IMG/VR virus record: IMGVR_UViG_3300005841_000036
Span: 4,398 to 68,397 of that record
Length of the DNA stretch: 64,000 nt
Source of the DNA: a virus
Direction: 5' to 3' (one strand)
Under the pieces are notes generated by a model that worked only from the letters and a program-made list of their open reading frames with translations, was not told the origin of the DNA and did not search any database. Within the stretch, counting starts at the first letter, position 1. Each line of letters opens with the position of its first letter. Position numbers and translations under genes: made by a program. Shown in pieces: positions 36,224 to 45,585 of this stretch.

Positions 36224-37287
36224 TGACCGGAACCAGTAGCGCCATGAACTGCAATCCCATCTCGCACGGCAGCGATCCTCGCGTGAATTTCGCCCGATGC
36301 GGCGAGGACCTTGCCCTCCTCGAGATCTTCAAGGTGATCGGCACAAACTACGGGAAGGATCGAATCCTGCCGGCAGAGCAGAATTTCAACGATCACCCCG
36401 ACGGCCTGACCGCTCTCGAGCTCCGCGCGTCTCGAGGGATCGCGGTCGAGTTCGGCGCCGGCGACGGCTACCGCAATTCAAACACGCGATTTTTCCAGCG
36501 GTTCGGGTGGTCTCTGGTGCAATGGGACTGCAACCGACCGACCGGTTCGCCGGTATGCCAGGTGCGACTGACCGCCGAGAACGTTAACGACGTATTCGCT
36601 GCGCACACGATCGCCGGCTGGTTCGAATCCTATTCAATCCCCGAGGATTTCGACCTCCTTTCGATCGACGTCGACGGCAACGACTGGCATATCTGGCGAG
36701 CGCTGAAATACACGCCGAGGGTGGTGATCATCGAATACAACGCGAATTTCGATCGCGAGCAGCGCAGGATCCTCGAGTACCATCCCGATAACGCATGGCA
36801 GGGCGACGTGGCCTATGGGGCGAGCTATGCCGCTATGCTCGACCTGGGGGAAGCCAAGGGCTACTGGCCGGTAAAGGCGATCGGGAATAATCTGATTTTC
36901 GTTCGCAAGAACATCGCTGGCGCTGGATTACTTCGCAAGCTAGTCGACCCTCCCCTGCCGGAAAAGTGCCATCGGCAAGAGGGGTTCGAGCGCATGGTCG
37001 ATCCGGCGTTCTACTGCCTGCCAACTCCCGGCCCCCTCGGCCCCCTGCCGTCCACCGATCGCACGGTCTATTCCTACTCGTTCCAGGTCTGGCCGGACGA
37101 AACGAAGTGGTCAACCAAGCACGGCGGGGCGGCTCTTTACGACCTCTTTCGCATGCTCTCAACGCGCATCGAGCGCCAGTACAACCAGCAAGCGTTCGAG
37201 CAGTTCCGCAAAGATCTCGCCGCGTGCGGGATCACCCTGCGCGACATCGAGCGAGTTCCCTACCACAAGCCCGAATCGATTCTGTAG
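36223..37287 (+). CDS. FkbM-like methyltransferase with C-terminal extension
   Basis: VEFGAGDG..SNT, LTAENVN, DLLSIDVDGNDWHIW, VIIEYN, YGAS, GNNLIFV. Confidence 0.8.
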   Translation: MTGTSSAMNCNPISHGSDPRVNFARCGEDLALLEIFKVIGTNYGKDRILPAEQNFNDHPDGLTALELRASRGIAVEFGAGDGYRNSNTRFFQRFGWSLVQWDCNRPTGSPVCQVRLTAENVNDVFAAHTIAGWFESYSIPEDFDLLSIDVDGNDWHIWRALKYTPRVVIIEYNANFDREQRRILEYHPDNAWQGDVAYGASYAAMLDLGEAKGYWPVKAIGNNLIFVRKNIAGAGLLRKLVDPPLPEKCHRQEGFERMVDPAFYCLPTPGPLGPLPSTDRTVYSYSFQVWPDETKWSTKHGGAALYDLFRMLSTRIERQYNQQAFEQFRKDLAACGITLRDIERVPYHKPESIL

Positions 37288-37288
37288 C

Positions 37289-38734
37289 ATGGCCAGACGA
37301 AAAAAAGCGGTGCCGGTTGGTGCGTCTCACCCGAGTTCCCTTCCGGGTGCAGGCGAATCCCCTCCGGCCGGCGCCGCTCCTTCTCGCACGTTCCGCGATC
37401 GCATCGTCGAGTTCACTCGGGTCCGCGCGGGCGATCTCAAGCCCTCGCCCCGCAACTGGCGGACTCACCCCAAGCATCAGCGCGACGCGCTCCGCGGGAT
37501 CCTGACCGAGGTCGGCTACGTTGACGCACTAATGGCTCGCCGCCTGGCCGACGGCTCCCTCGAGTTGGTCGACGGGCATCTGCGCGCCGAGGACAATCCC
37601 GATCAGGAACTGCCCGTGCTGATCGTCGACCTCGACGACGCCGAAGCGGCTAAGGTACTGGCCACGTTCGATCCCCTGGCCGATCTGGCGATCGCCGACT
37701 CGAAGCTCCTCGAGCAGCTGCTGGCCGAGGTCAATCCGACCGTCGAAAACGCCGAACTGCAGAAGATGCTCGAGTACCTTGCGAGGGATCACCAGCTATT
37801 GCCGTGCGTGACTGCCGGCACTGCCGACGATGAACCTCCCCCGCCGCTCAAGGCCAGGACTCGCCCGGGCGATCTCTACACCCTGGGCAACCATCGGATC
37901 CTCTGCGGCGACTCGACCTCTCCCGTCGACGTCGATCGCCTATTTGCCGGCCAGCTAGCCGCCCTCCTCTTCACCTCGCCCCCCTACTCCAATCGCCGGA
38001 ATTACACGAAGGAATCGCAGGAATCCAGCCGGACTTGGCTCGAACTGATGGAGGGCGTTTTTGGCCAGCGCGGGATCCTTACCGATGACGCGCAGGTCCT
38101 GGTTAATCTCGGCCTGATTCACGAACAGGGCGAATACGTTCCCTATTGGGATCCGTGGATTCAGTGGATGCGTTCCGAGGGGTGGAAGGCGTTCGGGTGG
38201 TACGTTTGGGATCGAATCACGCCGACATTCCGGGCAAACGATGGCCGATTGCAGATGTCTCATGAGTGGGTTTTTCACTTCAATAAAAAACCAGTGCACT
38301 GCGCTGAATGGGTCGAGTGCTTGCATGCTGGTGAGGTTAGGGCTGGTGGTGCGCAACGGACGTTGGGCGGCAACGTCAAGCCTCAATCGACTCCCGGCCC
38401 GATCAAGTCCCATCGGCCGCCCGAGTCCGTGATCCGCGTTCAACGCGTTTGCGACAACTCCGATCCGATCATTAATCACCACCCCGCGCGGTTCCCGGTC
38501 GCCCTTCCCGTTCACATCATGCGATCCTGGCCCGAGGGGATTGTCTATGAGCCGTTTTGCGGATCGGGGTCGACGATCCTGGCCGCCGAGCAACTCGGCC
38601 GAACGTGCTATGCGATGGAACTGGCGCCCGCCTATGTCGATATCATCGTCTATCGCTGGGAGAAGATGACCGGCAAGAAAGCGACCCTCGAGCGCGCCGC
38701 CAAGTCGGCCAGGCGAACCAAGTCCGCCAAGTAA
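37289..38734 (+). CDS. ParB-like N-terminal domain + N4/N6 DNA methyltransferase
   Basis: PRNWRTHP, LVDGHLR, HRILCGDST, FTSPPY, HPARFP, YEPFCGSGST. Confidence 0.9.
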   Translation: MARRKKAVPVGASHPSSLPGAGESPPAGAAPSRTFRDRIVEFTRVRAGDLKPSPRNWRTHPKHQRDALRGILTEVGYVDALMARRLADGSLELVDGHLRAEDNPDQELPVLIVDLDDAEAAKVLATFDPLADLAIADSKLLEQLLAEVNPTVENAELQKMLEYLARDHQLLPCVTAGTADDEPPPPLKARTRPGDLYTLGNHRILCGDSTSPVDVDRLFAGQLAALLFTSPPYSNRRNYTKESQESSRTWLELMEGVFGQRGILTDDAQVLVNLGLIHEQGEYVPYWDPWIQWMRSEGWKAFGWYVWDRITPTFRANDGRLQMSHEWVFHFNKKPVHCAEWVECLHAGEVRAGGAQRTLGGNVKPQSTPGPIKSHRPPESVIRVQRVCDNSDPIINHHPARFPVALPVHIMRSWPEGIVYEPFCGSGSTILAAEQLGRTCYAMELAPAYVDIIVYRWEKMTGKKATLERAAKSARRTKSAK

Positions 38735-38766
38735 ACTCTTGACCCTCTCACCTCTACCCGCGCACA

Positions 38767-39519
38767 ATGCCGAAGAAGTCGACCACTCACGAGCAGCAGC
38801 CCCAAAGCGCGCCGGACGTTGCCGACCAGCAGCAGGACCAGCAGACGCCGCCCCCCAAGCCCAAGAAAAAAACCACTCGAGGCGGTCGAGCAGGTAAGCG
38901 AACTCAGAAGGCACGGGCGGCGAATTACAATCGCCTGCAGTCGACTCGCAAGGCCCAGGCCAAGGCCGACGCGCTCTCTGCCCCTGACTCTCCCACTCCC
39001 CCGCCGGCATCTCCCCCGCCGGCCCCCTCGGCTCCCCTCGAGGACGTCTCGCCCCGACTCGTTGCGCAGGCCATTCGCCAGGGCTGGGATATCCCTCAGA
39101 CCGCGATGAAGTTGGTCCCCTCGGCCATGCTCAAGATCGCCCTCGACCTCGACAAGCAGACCGACCCCGATCGCGTGAAAGCCCGAACGGACTCCGAACG
39201 AATCCAGTCCTCAAGGGTCCTAACGGTGATGCACGCGCAGAACCAGAAGGACGAGCAAGACGCCTGGGAGCGCGAGAGGGATGCGATTGCGATCAACGCT
39301 CGCATGCGGGCCGATCGCGAACGGGCTTTGATCACCGCCCCTGCCGACGGCGATCCGGCCAATCCCGCCGCGGCTCCCTCGCAGACGGTCAACGTGAACA
39401 TCCTCCCCGATCTCAGGCAGGCCATGCTCGCCGATCCGGGCTATGTAGATTACATGCGGGAGAAGTTGGCCAAGTTGCAGGCCGAGTCAAACGGGAAGGC
39501 CGACAATGGGCATTCTTGA
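38767..39519 (+). CDS. putative terminase small subunit
   Basis: Position between ParB-methylase and TerL; basic N-terminus; TVNVNI tail. Confidence 0.45.
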   Translation: MPKKSTTHEQQPQSAPDVADQQQDQQTPPPKPKKKTTRGGRAGKRTQKARAANYNRLQSTRKAQAKADALSAPDSPTPPPASPPPAPSAPLEDVSPRLVAQAIRQGWDIPQTAMKLVPSAMLKIALDLDKQTDPDRVKARTDSERIQSSRVLTVMHAQNQKDEQDAWERERDAIAINARMRADRERALITAPADGDPANPAAAPSQTVNVNILPDLRQAMLADPGYVDYMREKLAKLQAESNGKADNGHS

Positions 39520-39700
39520 ACTGCGCTCGCGAGAGTCTGACGTCAGGGGGCACAACGTGCCGAAAATCTGGGCCGCAGATCGCAAGTTTTGCGAACAAAT
39601 CGAGGTGCACATGGACCGAATGCTTATGCACATGCACCAGTTCGAGGACGCCGCGCGGTGGTACCTCGCCCGGTGGTCGGAAGTGGCGGGGTCCTACTAA
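39506..39700 (+). CDS. hypothetical protein
   Basis: 64-aa ORF overlapping upstream gene end. Confidence 0.4.
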   Translation: MGILELRSRESDVRGHNVPKIWAADRKFCEQIEVHMDRMLMHMHQFEDAARWYLARWSEVAGSY

Positions 39701-39827
39701 TGACATTGCGAACATGGCAACCGATCACGAGCGCGATCAGTTCATCTTTCGATCGTTCGGGCCGCAGTCGCTCTACGATAAGAAGAAAAAGCGTAAGGGT
39801 TTCTAGGCACTTTCAGAGGATGCGCAA

Positions 39828-40457
39828 ATGAAAGCCGAAGTAGAAAAAGCGATCGAGTTCCTGGGGATGATGGCGGGACTCAGCGAGGACGCTTGCGTTG
39901 AGATCTGCGAATTACTCCGGACACTTCCGCCCAGGCCTGGAGATCCGACCGAGGGCGGTGCAGTTCAATTCTTGCGAGACGTCGCTGCCGGCAATTTATC
40001 CGCGCCGAAGCCCGCCGATCGGCCGCCGCCCGAGGCTGATCGATTCATGCCCTACAAGGCCCTCGAGGCGATCCTGCCGGAAGAGTTCCTAAAGGACGAA
40101 ACCGCCTCGATGATTGGCCGGCTGCGTGATCTGGTCTCGAGTTGGTACAGACGGGCCGAGGAGATCATCGATAAGCAGCGGGCCCTAGACAGTGCGAATG
40201 AGCGGATCGAGGACATACTCGAGGGATCGGCCGAAAAGTCTCGCTATATCCACAAGCTCGAGGAGAAGCTGAAGCGAGATCAGCCAACGAAAGACTATGA
40301 GGCAAAGATCGCCGATCGCGATTGGTTTATCGCCAAGCTCCAGGCGAAGATTAAAGATCAAGAGGTGCAATTGAAAGAGGTGAGACTGAAAGCCAAAGGG
40401 GGTAAGGCCAAGCCCGCCCCTCGCAAGCCCGCTCCGAAGCGAAAGCGGGGCAAGTAG
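39828..40457 (+). CDS. coiled-coil hypothetical protein
   Basis: GAGG RBS; charged heptads. Confidence 0.6.
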   Translation: MKAEVEKAIEFLGMMAGLSEDACVEICELLRTLPPRPGDPTEGGAVQFLRDVAAGNLSAPKPADRPPPEADRFMPYKALEAILPEEFLKDETASMIGRLRDLVSSWYRRAEEIIDKQRALDSANERIEDILEGSAEKSRYIHKLEEKLKRDQPTKDYEAKIADRDWFIAKLQAKIKDQEVQLKEVRLKAKGGKAKPAPRKPAPKRKRGK

Positions 40458-40458
40458 C

Positions 40459-43023
40459 ATGTCCCACCGACCGCCCCCGCGCCCTCGGCGCACGCCCGAG
40501 GAACTGCAAGACCTGGTCGCACTCACCGCGACGCCCGGCCTATTCGCGTCCTATGTCTCGGGCGGCCGGTGGGTGATGGCGCCGCACCTCGCCTACCTCG
40601 ACAAGATCATTACTGACGGGATCGCCGGCCGAGGATCAAAACGCCTAATCGTCTCCATGCCCCCTCGGCACGGGAAAGCGCTGGCGGTTGATACGCCTAT
40701 TCCGATTCCTGGGGGGTGGACGACTATTGGAGAATTGAGTCCTGGCGATGATGTTTTCGACGAAGCCGGCCAGATTTGTCGCGTTGTTGGAAAGACGCCA
40801 GTCTGGAAGGATCGGCCGGTTTATCGTGTTACGACTGACTGCGGCGATGAGATTATCGCAGACGCCGAACATGAATGGGTTGTTCGCCTCGATCGGAAGT
40901 TCGGTGCGATCTCTACTCGCACGACGAAATTTCTGGCTGAAAGAACATGCGATCGGGCGCCAATGATCGCCGCGCAGGGCTCGCTCGACCTGCCGTATGT
41001 CGACCTGCCAATGGATCCATACATCCTCGGCGTCTGGCTGGGCGATGGGACTGCGACCAATGGGTCGATCACGACTGCCGATCCGGAGATCGTCGAAGCA
41101 ATTCGAGCGACAGAGGGCGAGGTCGCAGAGTGGAAGTCTGTCAGCCGAGGACGCGCGGCATCCTACCGGCCAGGCCCCTCGCTTCGATCTCCAAATGTGC
41201 GGGCTGGCGATACTTTCCAGGGGCGATTGCGGGCAATGGGATTGCTTGGGAATAAACATATCCCGGCCGAGTACATGCGGGCATCGGCCGATCAGCGTCT
41301 ATCACTGCTGCAAGGCTTGATCGATACCGATGGGCACGTTGCGCCAGATGGGCAGGTCGAATTCTGCAACGTGAACGAATTATTAGCGAAGCAAGTTCGG
41401 GAGTTGGTCTATTCACTTGGGCACAAGGCCAGCATGATCGCAGGCCGGTCGATGCTCAATGGCGTTGATCATGGGCCGAAATATCGCGTGATGTTCTACA
41501 TGAAAGACGCTGCCAGGCTGCCGAGAAAAGCGGCCAGGACTCGCGATGGGTTGCGAGCTTTCAGGCGATACATCACGGTCGAGCCGGCTGGAATTGCTGA
41601 CACAGTTTGCATCCAGGTCGACAGCCCGAATCATATGTTTCTGTGCGGCCGATCAATGCTGCCGACTCACAACAGTTGGTACCTCTCCCGCTATCTGCCC
41701 GCGTGGTTCCTGGGGACCTATCCCGATCGATCCGTGATGCTCGCCGGCTACGGTGCCAAGTTCGCCAAGGTCTGGGGCGCCCGGGCTCTCGCCGAGCTCT
41801 CGAGCAACGCAGACTTGTTCGATCTGATCGTTCCGCCCAAGCAGTCCGCCGAGCATTGGACGATCCCCGGGCGGGAAGGGTCAATGTGGACGTCGGGGGT
41901 GGGCGGGTCGATGACGGGCCGCGGTGCCGATCTGCTGATCATCGACGACCCGATCAAAAACCAGGAAGAGGCCGACAGCGAGGCCTATCGCGAATCGACG
42001 TGGCAGTGGTGGATGACGACCGCCCGCTCGCGCCTCGAGCCGAACGGGATGATCCTGATCGTGCTGACCAGGTGGCACGAGGACGATCTGGCCGGGCGGA
42101 TCCTGTCGGGCAAGTATGTCTCGCAGGACGATGCCGCATGGGCGGACAAATGGGACGTTGTTTCCCTCCCCGCGCTGGCCGAGGCGAACGATCCGCTTTC
42201 TCGACGCCCGGGCGATCCCCTCTGGCCGCAGCGGTACTCGGAGCGGGCGCTACGGGCGATCAAAGGCGGGATCACGCCGCGGGCCTGGGCTGCGCTCTAC
42301 CAGCAGAATCCGCAGCCTCTCGAGGGAGGGTTGTTCGCGCGCGACGACTGGCGGACCGTCTACGCGCTGCCAGATCTCGAGTACGTCCACAACTGGGTTC
42401 GATACTGGGACAAAGCCGGAACGCCTGGCGCCGGGGACTTCTCGGCCGGCGTGCTTATGTGCGAGTGGCAAGGCACGTTCTTCGTGGTCGACGTGGTCCG
42501 CGGCCAGTGGAGCGCTTCGCAGCGCGAGGCGGTGATCCGCTCGACCGCCCATCGAGATCGGACCATGTACGGGCAGGCGGTCGAGACGTGGGTCGAGCAA
42601 GAGCCGGGGTCGGGCGGGAAGGAATCGGCCGAGTCCTCGGTGAAGAACCTGGCCGGGTTCATTGTCTATGCCGAGCGAGTCACCGGCGAGAAGGCGGTCC
42701 GCGCGGGCCCGCTCGCCTCGCAAGTGCAGATGCACAACGTGGCGATCCTCAACGCGCCATGGAATGAAGCTTTCTTGCTGGAAATGCAGGGTTTCCCGAA
42801 CTGGAAGAATGACGATCAGGTCGACGGCGCGAGCGGGGCATTTAACAAGCTATGCGCGAAAACGTTCCCCGCCCTCCAGACTGAGGCTATAGTGGCGGAA
42901 CGGCGAGAGGTGGAACGGCCGGACGAATCCGGCGGCCGGTTTGGTGTCTCGAGCAGATCGGCAGGGTCGCCGCGGTTCGGGATTGGTGGCGGGAGCGGTG
43001 CGAGAGTTTTCCGGAGACAGTAG
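40459..43023 (+). CDS. terL: terminase large subunit (intein-containing)
   Basis: MPPRHGK|S Walker A, TGRGADLLIIDDPIK Walker B, TRWHEDDLAG, LYQQNP, YWDKA, EQEPGSGGK, DDQVD. Confidence 0.95.
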   Translation: MSHRPPPRPRRTPEELQDLVALTATPGLFASYVSGGRWVMAPHLAYLDKIITDGIAGRGSKRLIVSMPPRHGKALAVDTPIPIPGGWTTIGELSPGDDVFDEAGQICRVVGKTPVWKDRPVYRVTTDCGDEIIADAEHEWVVRLDRKFGAISTRTTKFLAERTCDRAPMIAAQGSLDLPYVDLPMDPYILGVWLGDGTATNGSITTADPEIVEAIRATEGEVAEWKSVSRGRAASYRPGPSLRSPNVRAGDTFQGRLRAMGLLGNKHIPAEYMRASADQRLSLLQGLIDTDGHVAPDGQVEFCNVNELLAKQVRELVYSLGHKASMIAGRSMLNGVDHGPKYRVMFYMKDAARLPRKAARTRDGLRAFRRYITVEPAGIADTVCIQVDSPNHMFLCGRSMLPTHNSWYLSRYLPAWFLGTYPDRSVMLAGYGAKFAKVWGARALAELSSNADLFDLIVPPKQSAEHWTIPGREGSMWTSGVGGSMTGRGADLLIIDDPIKNQEEADSEAYRESTWQWWMTTARSRLEPNGMILIVLTRWHEDDLAGRILSGKYVSQDDAAWADKWDVVSLPALAEANDPLSRRPGDPLWPQRYSERALRAIKGGITPRAWAALYQQNPQPLEGGLFARDDWRTVYALPDLEYVHNWVRYWDKAGTPGAGDFSAGVLMCEWQGTFFVVDVVRGQWSASQREAVIRSTAHRDRTMYGQAVETWVEQEPGSGGKESAESSVKNLAGFIVYAERVTGEKAVRAGPLASQVQMHNVAILNAPWNEAFLLEMQGFPNWKNDDQVDGASGAFNKLCAKTFPALQTEAIVAERREVERPDESGGRFGVSSRSAGSPRFGIGGGSGARVFRRQ
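40678..41673 (+). mobile_element. class 3 intein with LAGLIDADG homing endonuclease (332 aa)
   Basis: Starts ALAVDTPIP, ends LPTHN/S; HEW, TVCIQV, PTHN; LGVWLGDG and LQGLIDTDG. Confidence 0.92.
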
Positions 43024-43190
43024 CCAATGGGGCGAGGCATTCCGGCGCGTGGCAGTACCGATCGGACTTGGCATTTTGGTAAGCTGATGCCGTTCGATCC
43101 CGAGAAGCGAAGGGGCACCGCGGACCACCCCCGGGCGCCTCTTTTCCTGATCTGTCCAAAGCAGCGGCACCGCAAGCGAAGGAAAGCACG

Positions 43191-43520
43191 ATGAAAGCGA
43201 CCCTCGAGATCATCGGCATGGAATGCGGCGGCCGCGCGGTTCGGTATGCCTACTCCCATGACATCCGCGGGCCGATCGACCTCTCGGGGATATCTTTCCC
43301 ATCTGAGGAAACATATCTCCAGGCTGCTACGCAACTCTGCCAGCGGGCCGCGGCCGACATGCACCGCAAGAATCGCGAGCTCGCCTACGCTTCCTACTTC
43401 TATCCGACGCCCGAGGGGGTCAAGTCAAAGTGCATGGGGGCCGAGGTGAGGTTTCTTCTCGAGGAAGAGAAGGCGCACCCCTCGCCCTCGGTCTCTAGCG
43501 TTAGAGGCGGCGATGGCTGA
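43191..43520 (+). CDS. hypothetical protein
   Basis: AAGGA RBS, 109 aa. Confidence 0.5.
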   Translation: MKATLEIIGMECGGRAVRYAYSHDIRGPIDLSGISFPSEETYLQAATQLCQRAAADMHRKNRELAYASYFYPTPEGVKSKCMGAEVRFLLEEEKAHPSPSVSSVRGGDG

Positions 43521-43785
43521 CCTCCCCGATACCCTTTACGGGCTGCCGGTTGTGGGAGGGCGAACCTATACGCCGGTCGAGATGAATCGATCCCGGTTCG
43601 GTATCTGGTTCATCCGCATCCCGTCCGGCATCCGGGCCGGCGGCCGACTGTTGCGAAAGGCGCGGCTGCGGAAGAAGTTCCAGAAGGCGGTCAAGGCCGC
43701 TTGTGCGAAGCTGTACGGCAATCGATACGTGCGATTTGTCCCCACGGAAAGGATCCCACCATGTCCACCAGACGCGAATTCTTGA
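43513..43785 (+). CDS. small basic hypothetical protein
   Basis: GAGG RBS, overlaps neighbours. Confidence 0.45.
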   Translation: MADLPDTLYGLPVVGGRTYTPVEMNRSRFGIWFIRIPSGIRAGGRLLRKARLRKKFQKAVKAACAKLYGNRYVRFVPTERIPPCPPDANS

Positions 43786-44390
43786 CCCACGCCTCGACCG
43801 CCGCAGTCGCCGCCGCCCTGATCGGCAGTCCGCTAGTGATCTCCCGCGCGACGGGGTTTCCGATCGGCGCCCCGCCGGCGGACGCCAAGGAACGCGAGCA
43901 GCTCGCCCGCGCCCGCCGGCTGCTGGTTAAGGTTGAGTTTGCCCCGGTGACTCCCTATCTGCGAGATGACCCGGAAGACTATACGGGCATCGGCCTGTTG
44001 CTCTATTTCACGAAATTTGATGATGATGGCGACATCACGGACGGGCGCGACGATCTCACGCGAGGCGAGCCTGCAGGCGATTGCAGCGTATCGGGTCGCG
44101 CGGCCTATCTACTCGCCGAAGAGATCGCAGCGGCTCTGCCCCATCCTGTCCAACTAACCGCGCCGAGGATCCCGGAAAAGGACGAGCGTTTCGGGGTCGC
44201 CTGGGAATTTGACATTCGCACCACCTGCCCCGAGGATCCGCTTTGCAAGTGGGAACTGCCTCAGGATGAGATCGAGCAGATCTTTCGCGAACTGCAGGAT
44301 GGCGGGCCCCCATCGGTGATCTATCACAAGGGGGCGGAGTCGCGCCCGCTGAACGCCCTCGACTTTATCGCGGAAGGCGGTGCACCATGA
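43761..44390 (+). CDS. protein with twin-arginine-like signal
   Basis: MSTRREFL followed by hydrophobic stretch. Confidence 0.6.
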   Translation: MSTRREFLTHASTAAVAAALIGSPLVISRATGFPIGAPPADAKEREQLARARRLLVKVEFAPVTPYLRDDPEDYTGIGLLLYFTKFDDDGDITDGRDDLTRGEPAGDCSVSGRAAYLLAEEIAAALPHPVQLTAPRIPEKDERFGVAWEFDIRTTCPEDPLCKWELPQDEIEQIFRELQDGGPPSVIYHKGAESRPLNALDFIAEGGAP

Positions 44391-44782
44391 GGCGCCGCGA
44401 CTTCTTCAAGGGGATCCTCGGCCTGGCTCTCCCCCTGGTCAGCCTCGCCGCCAACCCGGCCGGGCGGGTGATCGAGAAGGCTTTCGAGCCCCACAAGCCG
44501 AAGTTGCCACCGGTTCCGGACTGCCTCACCTCGGCCGAGTGGTCGATTGAGTCGGTCGAAGGGAGTTTCACGACCTATCGCAAGCAATGCCGCGCGGTCG
44601 GGCAGATCCCACAAAGTCGATTGCATGAGGTGGCCAAGTATCTTGGCGATCACTCGCCCCAGCAAAACGGATACTCTCGCGAGATCGCTAGTTTTTCGAT
44701 CACGCAATCGCCGTCCGGCAGTATTCGCGAGATCTCGATCGAGTACATCGACCGCCAGGTATTCAAGCCTGCCAAGGATTGA
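44387..44782 (+). CDS. protein with twin-arginine-like signal
   Basis: MRRRDFFKGILGLALPLVSLAA. Confidence 0.6.
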   Translation: MRRRDFFKGILGLALPLVSLAANPAGRVIEKAFEPHKPKLPPVPDCLTSAEWSIESVEGSFTTYRKQCRAVGQIPQSRLHEVAKYLGDHSPQQNGYSREIASFSITQSPSGSIREISIEYIDRQVFKPAKD

Positions 44783-45579
44783 CGATGCCCCTCGGACTGA
44801 ACCAACTGCAGGCGATCCTCGGCCTCTTCGGCAAGGCGCCCCCGAAGCAACTTAAGGGACTTCTAAAGTCCCTCGGGTCCGTCGGGCAGGTGATTGGCCG
44901 GGCCCTGGGGTCCTCGTCGAATCGCACTGGCAGCCGGCCGCGGGACACTTCCGCCCCCGACTTCTCGTTCCTCAAAGATCTCGGGGCGCCGGGCAATCGC
45001 AACGTTTCGACCCAATCGGCCAACCGCCCGAAAACCGGCCTGGCCGGCGCGATCCAAATGCAGCGGGTCGCCTCGAGCAACGTGCACTCGATTGGCTACG
45101 ATCAGCAGACGGCAACGCTCGCCGTGCGATACCTCGCCTCGACCCTCTCGAACACCTCGGGCGGGATCAAGGGATCGCACAAGAAAGGCACGCGCCGGCA
45201 AACCGCCAAGGGGAAACTCGGGTCGACCGTCGGCGGAAAGACGAACTCCCCGGGCCCGCTCTATCACTATTACGACGTGCCGGAAAAGCTCTGGAATTCG
45301 TTCCAGGGGGCCGGCAGCAAGGGCAAATGGGTCTGGGACAAACTACGCATCAGGGGGACGATCGCCGGGCATCGCTATGCGTATGCGCTAATTGCGGGTA
45401 CGGTAGCGAGTGAGGGCGACCGGGTTACGTATATCCCGCGCCTCGCAACCTCGAGCGGATTCAAGGCGCGAACGCGGATCCAGGCCGGTACGAAGATCGG
45501 CAGCGTCCTTTCGACCGAACGGCGGAAGGGGATGGGCGCCCGCGGCGTCAAGCTCGAGGACCTGAACCGCGGGAGATAG
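44779..45579 (+). CDS. KTSC-domain protein
   Basis: VASSNVHSIGYD..LAVRY...YHYYDVP...SKGKWVWDKLR. Confidence 0.8.
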   Translation: MTMPLGLNQLQAILGLFGKAPPKQLKGLLKSLGSVGQVIGRALGSSSNRTGSRPRDTSAPDFSFLKDLGAPGNRNVSTQSANRPKTGLAGAIQMQRVASSNVHSIGYDQQTATLAVRYLASTLSNTSGGIKGSHKKGTRRQTAKGKLGSTVGGKTNSPGPLYHYYDVPEKLWNSFQGAGSKGKWVWDKLRIRGTIAGHRYAYALIAGTVASEGDRVTYIPRLATSSGFKARTRIQAGTKIGSVLSTERRKGMGARGVKLEDLNRGR

Positions 45580-45585
45580 CGAATC

